Virus record (IMG/VR): IMGVR_UViG_3300031088_000821
Length of the DNA: 20,000 nucleotides
Direction: 5' to 3' (one strand)
From: an uncultured virus (IMG/VR IMGVR_UViG_3300031088_000821)
Taxonomy: Duplodnaviria > Heunggongvirae > Uroviricota > Caudoviricetes
A model generated the notes under the pieces. It did no database searches. It was not told the DNA's origin and saw only the letters and a list, made by a program, of their open reading frames with translations. The position numbers and the translations under genes are program-made. This document shows, one piece after another, positions 8,412 to 16,350 of the stretch; the first letter of the stretch is position 1; each line of letters begins with the position of its first letter.

Positions 8412-9037
8412 CCTATTTCCGGAAGTTCCTAACATGGTTGAGGAAGAACTACAACACCAGAGCTAGGAAGTATCTCCTTCTCTGGGGCCTAGTTTTTCTA
8501 GGTGCTGGAACAGCTGCGGTGCTTGTAGATATCTTCGTTCCCTTTGGTTCAGGTTGGAATCTCATTCGCACAGCTGTGCTTATGCCCCTGGCTGTCTCTA
8601 TTTTTGCTCTGGGCTACGCCGTGAGCCTCACGCTCCACTACGTCAAGCGGGTGGATCCCGCATGGGTCCCCTACCGATCAAGATTTTCACCCATGTGGAG
8701 GCTGCGAATCGCCGCCATCATAGGCGCCGCCATGCTCCTATTGGTTTACGCAGCCAATGAGTCTCCGTTCTTCACTCTTTTCTCCTCTTCTGTAGCTGCT
8801 GGTGTTCTGGCTCTTGTTGCTTTCATTCGCCAAACTAATCACGAGATGAAGCGGGCCAGCCTGGGGATTCCCGACGCTAGAGATGTGGAATACGACTCCA
8901 AGGTTCAGGCTGCCCAACGGCGTCGAAAAAATGCCATTGAAGCAAAAGAGGCCGAAAAAATAGCCAAAGCGGAAGCCAAAGGGAAGCGCAAGGGTCGACT
9001 CTTCCGGCCCATTGTGTCTGAAACGTCTGAGGATTAA
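8408..9037 (+). CDS. Hypothetical membrane protein (about 4 TM) with charged C-terminal tail
   Basis: Four hydrophobic segments; ATGA overlap with the lipoprotein gene; Lys/Ala/Glu-rich tail. Confidence 0.75.
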   Translation: MTYFRKFLTWLRKNYNTRARKYLLLWGLVFLGAGTAAVLVDIFVPFGSGWNLIRTAVLMPLAVSIFALGYAVSLTLHYVKRVDPAWVPYRSRFSPMWRLRIAAIIGAAMLLLVYAANESPFFTLFSSSVAAGVLALVAFIRQTNHEMKRASLGIPDARDVEYDSKVQAAQRRRKNAIEAKEAEKIAKAEAKGKRKGRLFRPIVSETSED

Positions 9038-9101
9038 ATCTAAGCGCAGATATCCCCCGGTGCACATCATTTTACCGGCGCTCCATTCTGGGCGCTTAGA
9101 T
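9038..9101. repeat. Hairpin element copy A (REP-like / structured element)
   Basis: ATCTAAGCGC (9038-9047) is the reverse complement of GCGCTTAGAT (9092-9101); inner stem CCGGT/ACCGG (9057-9061/9074-9078). Confidence 0.6.
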
Positions 9102-9206
9102 CGCCTTCTAGCGATTTCATCTAGTTGGAAATCTTTGAGATTTGGCATTGCCCCATCAAAGAGCCACATCACTTTGTTTTAGATAAGCCTGTCCCCTTTC
9201 TCATCC

Positions 9207-9220
9207 CTTTGTTAGGGTGA
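9207..9220 (+). promoter_or_regulatory. Repeated promoter motif, extended -10 (TG-T-TAGGGT) for nrdE
   Basis: CTTTGTTAGGGTGA; about 90 nt upstream of RBS GAGGAG (9301-9306) and the TTG start. Confidence 0.6.
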
Positions 9221-9313
9221 GCTAAATGGCCACACGGTTGGCCGAGCGGTGCCTGAAAGTTCAAACCAGGCAAAAGTAATAGATCGATCCACGAACCAAC
9301 GAGGAGTTATATT

Positions 9314-11470
9314 TTGTCAGTTTCAGGCGTAGAGAATGTTCCAGAGGAAGTGGATTACAGATCCCTCAATGCGGAGCTCAACCTCGTTGGTGCTGACGGC
9401 AAGCTGCAGTTCTCCAAAGACAAGCAGGCTGTCCGTCAGTACTTCCTCACCCATGTGAATCGGAAGACCCAGTTCTTCCACAATCTCCGTGAGAAGCTGG
9501 ACTATCTCATGGACTACAACTACTACGAAGAGAACACCATTGAGCAGTATGAGTACAGCTTTGTGAAGTCTCTCTTCAAGAGAGCCTACGGCTACAAGTT
9601 TCGCTTTGAGAGCTTCTTGGGTGCCTACAAGTACTACACTTCCTACACCCTGAAGACCTTCGATGGCAACAACTACCTCGAGCGCTTCGAGGACAGGGTT
9701 GCTATGACCGCTCTCTATCTCGGCCAGGGCAACGAAGAGCTCGCAGAGTCCATCCTCGATTCCATCATGACTGGAGAGTTCCAGCCCGCTACTCCCACAT
9801 TCCTCAATGCGGGTAAGGCCCAGCGCGGTGAGCTCGTGAGCTGCTTCCTCCTGAGAGTCGAAGATAACATGGAGTCCATCAGCCGGGCCATCACGAGCTC
9901 CCTTCAGCTCTCCAAGCGCGGCGGTGGAGTTGCCCTCAACCTCACCAACCTCCGAGAGCAGGGCGCTCCCATCAAGCACATTGAAAATCAAGCTTCGGGC
10001 GTAGTTCCCGTCATGAAGATGCTCGAAGATGCCTTCAGCTATGCCAATCAGCTGGGTGCCCGCCAGGGTGCAGGCGCTGTGTACCTACACGCTCACCACC
10101 CCGACATCATGCGCTTCCTGGACACAAAGCGGGAAAACGCCGATGAGAAAATCCGCATTAAGACCCTATCTCTCGGTGTAGTCATTCCCGACATCACCTT
10201 TGAGCTAGCCAAGCAGAACGCGGACATGTACCTCTTCTCCCCCTATGACGTGGAGAGGGAGTACGGCGTTCCCATGTCAGAGGTGAACATCACCGAAGAG
10301 TATGAGAACCTCGTCAACAACGGAAAGATCAGCAAGACAAAGATCAAGGCTCGTAGCTTCTTCCAGACCATCGCAGAAATCCAGTTTGAATCTGGCTACC
10401 CCTACATCCTCTACGTGGACAGCGCCAACCGCGCTAACCCCATCGCGGGGCAGATCAACATGAGCAACCTCTGCTCCGAGATCCTGCAGGTCAACACTCC
10501 GTCCACCTTCGAGGCGAACGGCAGCTATGACCACATCGGTAGGGACATTTCCTGCAACCTGGGCTCCATCAACATTGCCAAGGCCTACGACTCCAAGGAC
10601 TTCTCGAAGCTCATCGATTCGGCGATGCGTGCCCTCACCGCCGTTTCGGACATGAGTGACATCGAGTCCGTACCTTCGGTGGCTAACGGCAACTCCAAGT
10701 CCCACGCGGTAGGCCTTGGCGCCATGAACCTCCACGGATTCTTGGCTCGCGAGGGAATCCACTACGACTCCCCCGAAGCCGTTGAGTTCACCCGGTTCTA
10801 CTTCCACGCTGTGAACTTCGAGACCCTCAAGGCCTCCAACAGAATCGCCCGTGAGCGGGGAGAGAGCTTCTTCGAGTTCGAGAAGTCCAAGTACTACACG
10901 GGAGAGTACTTCGATGAGTACCTAGCCAAGGACTGGACTATCACCACTCCTCGGGTGAAGGAGCTCTTCGAGAACACTTCCATCAAGATTCCCACAGCTG
11001 CTGAATGGGCTCAGCTCCGCAAGGACATCAGAGAGCACGGTCTCTACCACGCCTACCGTCAGGCAGTTGCTCCCACGGGAAGCATCTCCTATGTGAACAA
11101 CTCAACCTCCTCCATCCACCCCGTATCCTCTCCCATCGAGGTTCGCAAGGAGGGTAAGATCGGTCGAGTTGTCTACCCCGCCCCCTTCATGAACAACGAC
11201 AACATCGAGTACTACAGGGACGCCTACAAGATCGGCCCTGAGGCCATCATCGATGTTTACGCTGCCGCTACGGAGTCGGTGGATCAGGGCATGAGCCTCA
11301 CCCTCTTCTACACGGATGAATCCACCACTAGAGACCTCAACCGAGCCTATCTCTACGCTTGGAGAAAGGGCATCAAGACAATCTACTACGCCCGTGTTCG
11401 CGCGGCAGCAGTAGAGGGAACTGAGCTCGAAGGCACCGCACTGGAATTCTGCGAATCCTGCCAAATCTGA
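9314..11470 (+). CDS. nrdE: Class Ib ribonucleoside-diphosphate reductase alpha subunit
   Basis: LNAELNL N-terminus without ATP cone, [34 protein letters not shown] (radical Cys), [20 protein letters not shown]-terminal CESC. TTG start 7 nt after GAGGAG. Confidence 0.97.
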   Translation: MSVSGVENVPEEVDYRSLNAELNLVGADGKLQFSKDKQAVRQYFLTHVNRKTQFFHNLREKLDYLMDYNYYEENTIEQYEYSFVKSLFKRAYGYKFRFESFLGAYKYYTSYTLKTFDGNNYLERFEDRVAMTALYLGQGNEELAESILDSIMTGEFQPATPTFLNAGKAQRGELVSCFLLRVEDNMESISRAITSSLQLSKRGGGVALNLTNLREQGAPIKHIENQASGVVPVMKMLEDAFSYANQLGARQGAGAVYLHAHHPDIMRFLDTKRENADEKIRIKTLSLGVVIPDITFELAKQNADMYLFSPYDVEREYGVPMSEVNITEEYENLVNNGKISKTKIKARSFFQTIAEIQFESGYPYILYVDSANRANPIAGQINMSNLCSEILQVNTPSTFEANGSYDHIGRDISCNLGSINIAKAYDSKDFSKLIDSAMRALTAVSDMSDIESVPSVANGNSKSHAVGLGAMNLHGFLAREGIHYDSPEAVEFTRFYFHAVNFETLKASNRIARERGESFFEFEKSKYYTGEYFDEYLAKDWTITTPRVKELFENTSIKIPTAAEWAQLRKDIREHGLYHAYRQAVAPTGSISYVNNSTSSIHPVSSPIEVRKEGKIGRVVYPAPFMNNDNIEYYRDAYKIGPEAIIDVYAAATESVDQGMSLTLFYTDESTTRDLNRAYLYAWRKGIKTIYYARVRAAAVEGTELEGTALEFCESCQI

Positions 11471-11480
11471 GATAACTCCC

Positions 11481-11525
11481 AGGGGGATCACGCGGCTTCA
11501 TTTCCGCGTGATCCCCCTTTTCCTT
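11481..11525 (+). terminator. Intrinsic terminator after nrdE
   Basis: 15-bp perfect stem AGGGGGATCACGCGG (11481-11495) / CCGCGTGATCCCCCT (11504-11518), 8-nt loop, followed by TTTCCTT. Confidence 0.88.
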
Positions 11526-11536
11526 CGTTAGGATGA
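11523..11536 (+). promoter_or_regulatory. Repeated promoter motif (-10 TAGGAT), likely leaderless start
   Basis: CTTCGTTAGGATGA directly after the terminator; 6 nt between hexamer and ATG 11541. Confidence 0.6.
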
Positions 11537-11540
11537 GTTC

Positions 11541-11981
11541 ATGACCAATGACTCCCTCAGCGCCTCAGACTACTCTATTGAGGTGCCCGACTTCAAAGAA
11601 TGGTCGATAGCTAAGTACTACGATTACTCAGGCATCGATTCGGACTTTGAAGACCTCCAAGAGCTCAACCGACAGATAGCTGCTGCGCGAGCAGCTTTCT
11701 TCAAGCTTTCCAACAGCCTCAACAAGGCGGAGAGGGTGGCTCGGGAGAAGAAGGTGCTCTACGAAAGAAGATACCGGAGATGCTATGTGAACTCCTCCGA
11801 AAAAACCGAGGGCGCCAAGAGGATCAGCGCAGAGATCCAAGTGGAAGACCTAGAAAACGACTATCTCTACTATGACCAGCTCGCCAATGAGCTCAACAGA
11901 GCTCTCGGTGCTTTGCGCCAGGAGCTTCGTTCCCTTGAGGTTGCGGGAAATAACATCCGCCAGCAGATCAAGGTGAGCTAA
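11541..11981 (+). CDS. Helical/coiled-coil protein, possible UvsY-like recombination mediator
   Basis: 146 aa, predicted all-helical; EKTEGAKRISAE.QV......YYD.L....RALGALR pattern resembles T4 UvsY as recalled. The CDS itself is well supported; the family call is tentative. Confidence 0.45.
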   Translation: MTNDSLSASDYSIEVPDFKEWSIAKYYDYSGIDSDFEDLQELNRQIAAARAAFFKLSNSLNKAERVAREKKVLYERRYRRCYVNSSEKTEGAKRISAEIQVEDLENDYLYYDQLANELNRALGALRQELRSLEVAGNNIRQQIKVS

Positions 11982-12562
11982 TGGATAAGGCATCAAAGGG
12001 CACCATCAGATCCATCATAGGTTTTCTCTTTTGGACACTTTTGGGTGTGGTGACAGCTCTGGCTATTTTAGTCGCTTTCTTGAAGTTCTCCCCCTACACT
12101 CTCGTGGATGTGCATGGCCCCTCAATGGAGCCCACCTTCGAGGACGGTAGTCTACTCGTTATCAGGAATGACCTCGAAGAGGGCGGGGTGGCAGATCGTA
12201 GCGCCATTGCACTCTTCTCCACTCCTAAAGAATGGCAGGTTGCTGCAAAGCTTCCCGAAGGTCCGGATCTCATAAAGCGGGTAGTTGCTGTCCCCGGAGA
12301 TCGTGTGTCCTATGGCGATTCTCGGATCACAATCGAAGCCCAAGACGGTGAGAAATACCATGTGGCCAACGGGCAGCTGACGAACTGCGTTGTGGATGAG
12401 GGTGAATCCTTGGAGCTAGCAAAAGGTCAATATATGCTCGCGGGAGATAATAGAGCCCAATCCTTCGATTCTGTAGCCGCCTGGTGCATGGGTCTCGATC
12501 CAATCATAGATGAAAAATCCATCACCCTAGCAGGTCAGCCTACTTTCAACTTCAACTTTTAG
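11981..12562 (+). CDS. lepB: Signal peptidase I (S26)
   Basis: N-terminal TM, catalytic Ser in GPSMEPT, Lys in LIKRVVAVPGD, box E GDNRAQSFDS; TAATG overlap. Confidence 0.92.
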   Translation: MDKASKGTIRSIIGFLFWTLLGVVTALAILVAFLKFSPYTLVDVHGPSMEPTFEDGSLLVIRNDLEEGGVADRSAIALFSTPKEWQVAAKLPEGPDLIKRVVAVPGDRVSYGDSRITIEAQDGEKYHVANGQLTNCVVDEGESLELAKGQYMLAGDNRAQSFDSVAAWCMGLDPIIDEKSITLAGQPTFNFNF

Positions 12563-12570
12563 GGGAACCA

Positions 12571-13497
12571 ATGAAGCTATTTCTCGCCGTTAGCACTAAT
12601 CCCGGCTACATCGATTTTCTCAAAGATAGAAAGCTCAGAGAATGGCAGCTGGAAAAGCCGAAGCTCGTGGAAGGCCTCAATAAGATTGGCGCTACCGCTC
12701 TATTTGGCAACGTCAGTCCCTATTGGATGGACATTTCCGACAAGGCAAGTGCTACAAAGCTGGCTAAAGATCTCCAAGCGGTTGGCTCAGAGCGGCTAGC
12801 CAAAAAGCTCAAAGATAGCGGCTTGGTGATTTGTTGCAGCGTAGATCTTGTAGGATCTCGAGAGCTCCAGAAGGTTGTAAAGGAGATCGGTGGCGAAGTA
12901 GACGCCCGCCGCAAAGATGACAGAAGCCCCTTTGAGGACGAGGTTTTCGAAGGCGTAGAGGTATCACGGGAAGTTCGCAAATACATTCTCGATTGGGCTG
13001 GCCAGGACCGCGCAAAGCCCCTGGGGGTGCTCAACTGGTTGAGAACTCTCTCCCCTGAGCGCCAGAGAAGAGTAACCATCGATCAGATCGCTATCCAGCT
13101 CGTCGGCAACGAAGGTGAGCTCGCGCCATTCCTAGAGGAGCAGATCTTCAAGGGCAACTACATAGAGGCAGTCTCCATTGCGCGCCGAAGCAATGCCATG
13201 CCGATCATCGCCAACCTCAAGACAAAGCTAGCTAAAATCTACAAAGTGTCCGCCCTTCGAGAGTCGGGACTCAACCTGAGCGGTGCGGAGCTCCAAGCTG
13301 CAGTGGGCCATGTGGGCAAGGGCTTCTACTACGTGGAGCGGGATGCCAAGCGCTTCTCCTTTGAGCAGGCCGAGAAGATGCTGAAACTTGTCATCGACTT
13401 CGAGGGCAAAGTGAAATCCGGAAGGGTTGTGAACGTGGACGACTCCCTGGAGGTCTTCCTCATTAGGCTATCCTTTCTGGCGACTTCAAAGGGCTAA
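12571..13497 (+). CDS. holA: DNA polymerase III delta subunit-like (clamp loader)
   Basis: 308 aa; ALFG in the N-terminal domain, YILDWAGQD...VTIDQI lid, and collar DAKRFSFEQAEKMLKLVIDFEGKVKSG...SLEVFLIRL typical of the HolA C-terminus. Divergent. Confidence 0.72.
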   Translation: MKLFLAVSTNPGYIDFLKDRKLREWQLEKPKLVEGLNKIGATALFGNVSPYWMDISDKASATKLAKDLQAVGSERLAKKLKDSGLVICCSVDLVGSRELQKVVKEIGGEVDARRKDDRSPFEDEVFEGVEVSREVRKYILDWAGQDRAKPLGVLNWLRTLSPERQRRVTIDQIAIQLVGNEGELAPFLEEQIFKGNYIEAVSIARRSNAMPIIANLKTKLAKIYKVSALRESGLNLSGAELQAAVGHVGKGFYYVERDAKRFSFEQAEKMLKLVIDFEGKVKSGRVVNVDDSLEVFLIRLSFLATSKG

Positions 13498-13527
13498 TCT
13501 TCGTCTGACCACACAAATGGGGCGAAA

Positions 13528-13541
13528 CTTCGACACAATGA
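13528..13541 (+). promoter_or_regulatory. Repeated promoter motif (-10 CACAAT), likely leaderless start
   Basis: CTTCGACACAATGA; 6 nt between hexamer and ATG 13546; no SD visible. Confidence 0.5.
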
Positions 13542-13545
13542 ATCT

Positions 13546-15309
13546 ATGACTTCAGAAGACACCACAACAGCCATGAGCCCCTATGGAAAGCTGCTAGCTG
13601 ATCCATTCCTCGGTAAGAAGAGCTATAGGGAAGCTGTAGAGGAGGCTAAGATCACCTCCCAAGCCGAAGTGCTTGCTCGGCTGCTCAACGGTGAGAACCT
13701 CTTCATTTCGGGACCCGCAGGTTCCGGAAAGACCTTCATCATCAATCGCTTCATCGAGCTGCTGAGCTATGAGTTCGAGAACAGGGTAAACGTAGCTATC
13801 ACAGCTTCCACAGGCATTGCCGCCCAGCTACTGGGTGGTCAGACCATTCACAGCTGGTCCGGCATCGGCCTCAACACTAAGCCTTTCAAGGGGCCTGTGG
13901 GCCGTGAATACAGCAAGGCGGCGGACATCATCGCCTGTGATGTGCTCATCATTGACGAGATCTCCATGCTCCCAGCGTACTTCTTTTCGCGGCTAGATAA
14001 GCTCATGAAGCACCATCGGAAGTCGAAGGAGCCATTCGGTGGAGTTCAGCTCGTGGTCATGGGGGACTTCATGCAGTTGCCACCCATTCCCCAGCGGCCC
14101 AAAGAGCCCGGCGAAGAGCCAGCTGATTCGAGATTCTGCGCACGCACGGACGCCTGGAAGGAAGCAAAGCTTCGCACTTGCTATCTAGATGTGATTCGCC
14201 GCTCAAAGGACACTAAGCTTCAGGAGATCCTCGAAGCTATTTCGAACCAGGGCAATGATCCGATTGAGGATCGCCAGAACATCGCTAGGGCAAAACGGGA
14301 CCTGGAAAGCAGGATCAAGCCCGACGAAGAAAAAAACTCCTCCAAGAAATATGTGAGCCTCTACACCCTCAACAGGGATGTGGACAAATACAACGAAGAG
14401 CAGCTGGCGCTCAATCCGAACCCTGCAACTTCCTACAGCTTGAGGAAGTCGGGAGATTCACGGTACTGGGAAACCATCGTCAAGTCCAATGGACTAAAAG
14501 AGCAGTTTGTCGCCAAGGAGGGGGCAACTGTGATGCTCACCGCCAATCTCTCTCCATCCTTGGCCAATGGCTCTATCGGCGAAGTCATCGAGCTCCATAC
14601 AGAATACATCAGGGTCCGCTTCAACAGCGGCACCACCGCAGCAATCGGCTATAGGGACAGCGTCCACAGGGATAAAGTTCAGGTGGGAAGCCGGGAGAAA
14701 AAAGGCAAGAAAATACCCATCTATGAGGAGAAGGAAGTTGCAAGGATCAGCTTCATCCCCCTAAAGCTCGCCTATGCCATTTCGGTCCACAAGGCCCAAG
14801 GCCAGACAATGGATGGCGTAAAGGCGGATCTCAGCAAGATCTTCACGGATGGTTTGGGCTACGTCGCCCTCTCCAGGGTGAGGAACCTCGATGATTTGAT
14901 TCTCGTTCAGAAGCCCAACAGCCGGGCCTTCAAGGTCAGCAAGGAATCCATAGAGCTTTCGCGGAAAACCAAAAGGGCGGCGCGCAGAAACCGCCAGAAA
15001 ATGCTCAAAAACATGGCTATCTATGAAAGATATCTTTCGGGGAACGAGAAAAAGCTCACGGGCATCTTCGACCAGGAGGGGGCTGAGGTGGACGAGTTCG
15101 CCGATCTCGGAAGCCAAAACCTTGCCCCAACCGATCTCCAGCTCGACGGGTTTGGCGCTGGCCTAGAGCTGCTACCCGAGGATTTTGTGAGCTATGAACA
15201 GCTGCTTGCAAACCCTTGGCTCAGAAGTAGCCTCTGGGAACCTCGCATCGAAGCTACAGCCAAGAGGGTTGGATCGGACTCTCCCAGCTTCATGGAGATG
15301 TCGTTCTAA
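13546..15309 (+). CDS. Pif1-family SF1B 5'-3' DNA helicase
   Basis: GENLFISGPAGSGKT, TASTGIAA, GGQTIHSWSGIG, IIDEISML, Pif1-signature-like RLDKLMKHHRKSKEPFGG, GDFMQLPP, NGSIG, PLKLAYAISVHKAQGQT, YVALSRVR. Confidence 0.92.
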   Translation: MTSEDTTTAMSPYGKLLADPFLGKKSYREAVEEAKITSQAEVLARLLNGENLFISGPAGSGKTFIINRFIELLSYEFENRVNVAITASTGIAAQLLGGQTIHSWSGIGLNTKPFKGPVGREYSKAADIIACDVLIIDEISMLPAYFFSRLDKLMKHHRKSKEPFGGVQLVVMGDFMQLPPIPQRPKEPGEEPADSRFCARTDAWKEAKLRTCYLDVIRRSKDTKLQEILEAISNQGNDPIEDRQNIARAKRDLESRIKPDEEKNSSKKYVSLYTLNRDVDKYNEEQLALNPNPATSYSLRKSGDSRYWETIVKSNGLKEQFVAKEGATVMLTANLSPSLANGSIGEVIELHTEYIRVRFNSGTTAAIGYRDSVHRDKVQVGSREKKGKKIPIYEEKEVARISFIPLKLAYAISVHKAQGQTMDGVKADLSKIFTDGLGYVALSRVRNLDDLILVQKPNSRAFKVSKESIELSRKTKRAARRNRQKMLKNMAIYERYLSGNEKKLTGIFDQEGAEVDEFADLGSQNLAPTDLQLDGFGAGLELLPEDFVSYEQLLANPWLRSSLWEPRIEATAKRVGSDSPSFMEMSF

Positions 15310-15345
15310 GCTATGCCAGGGAAATCGAAGAGGGAGAATAGATCT

Positions 15346-16221
15346 ATGAGAACACTTTCGGGAATCATTGCAGTGGCTATAGGCTTTGGTGCAGTGTTTT
15401 TGGGAGGCAACCTTCCCGTTCCCTCTGCGCCGCAGTCCATTGGGCAAGCTGCTAATGTCTGCCAGGATTTTAAGAAAGTGTTTAAGCACTGTGAAGTCGA
15501 AGAGCTCTTTTCCGACGAAGTAGAATCCGGTGAACTGATTTCCCAGAGTGTTCCAGCGGGATTCAATCTCTTCCACGGGGATTCTATCAGATTGAGTTAC
15601 TCCAAAGGCCCCGAAAGAGTGAAGTTCCCCGACATTGTTCGGATGGACTACGACAGGGCCCGTCAGCTGCTCTCAGAGCTGGGCTTTGAAGTTGTCCGTG
15701 TCAGTAAAGACGCAGAAAGCACCATGGGCTCCAATCGCATTGTGGCGGCCTCCTATGATCGGGGAGAGCTGGCTCCCAGTGGTGCTCAGGTGGAACTTGT
15801 AGTTTCCACGGAGCAGGTAGAACTACCTAACCTCGAGGGGAAAACGCGCCAACAGGTTGAGGTGGACCTCAATGGCCTAGATCTCGAAATCATCTTCGAT
15901 GAGAAAGAGAGCGATCAGACTCCCGGCATTGTTCTTACCCAGGATCCTCAAGCGGGAACTGTAGCAAAGGGTAGCACAGTTAGGGTGAGCTTCGCCAAGG
16001 CTCCAGAGATTTCTTCCATCAGGGTGCCGCAGGTTGTGGGGCTCACTGAAATGGAGGCCCAAGGCGTTCTAGCGGCAGAGGGTTTTTCCAATATATCCGT
16101 TGTAAAAGTGGAGAGCTCTAAAGCCGAGAAGGAGCTCGTAGATCAGGTGTTTCCGGGCGTCGGCAGGGAAACAGAATCTGATAGCACTATTCTACTCGTG
16201 GTGAAAGTTCCCGAAAAGTGA
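15346..16221 (+). CDS. Membrane-anchored protein with four PASTA domains, no kinase or PBP domain
   Basis: Track start 15313; ATG 15346 follows AGGGAG. N-terminal hydrophobic helix, then PASTA repeats (..SDEVESGELISQS..SKG; FPDIV..A; LPNLEGKT..GIVLTQDPQAG; VPQVVGLTEMEAQGVL). Confidence 0.85.
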   Translation: MRTLSGIIAVAIGFGAVFLGGNLPVPSAPQSIGQAANVCQDFKKVFKHCEVEELFSDEVESGELISQSVPAGFNLFHGDSIRLSYSKGPERVKFPDIVRMDYDRARQLLSELGFEVVRVSKDAESTMGSNRIVAASYDRGELAPSGAQVELVVSTEQVELPNLEGKTRQQVEVDLNGLDLEIIFDEKESDQTPGIVLTQDPQAGTVAKGSTVRVSFAKAPEISSIRVPQVVGLTEMEAQGVLAAEGFSNISVVKVESSKAEKELVDQVFPGVGRETESDSTILLVVKVPEK

Positions 16222-16350
16222 CCACTACGTGATATGAAATCTCGATAATCGCCGAGCCACTTACTCTATAGCTGAGCTAGGGCTATTGTCAATGGGTATT
16301 CACGCCCCACATCCATACCACTTAGAGGAAAGGGTAGGGCTATTTCGCCC

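Noticed and set aside
9110..9200. Possible NrdR boxes upstream of nrdE
   Set aside because: Only partial resemblance (e.g. CATCTAGTTG); no convincing tandem 16-bp palindromes by eye.
9314..11470. Intein or intron in nrdE (common in phage RNR genes)
   Set aside because: Continuous 718-aa ORF of normal NrdE length with motifs at expected spacing.
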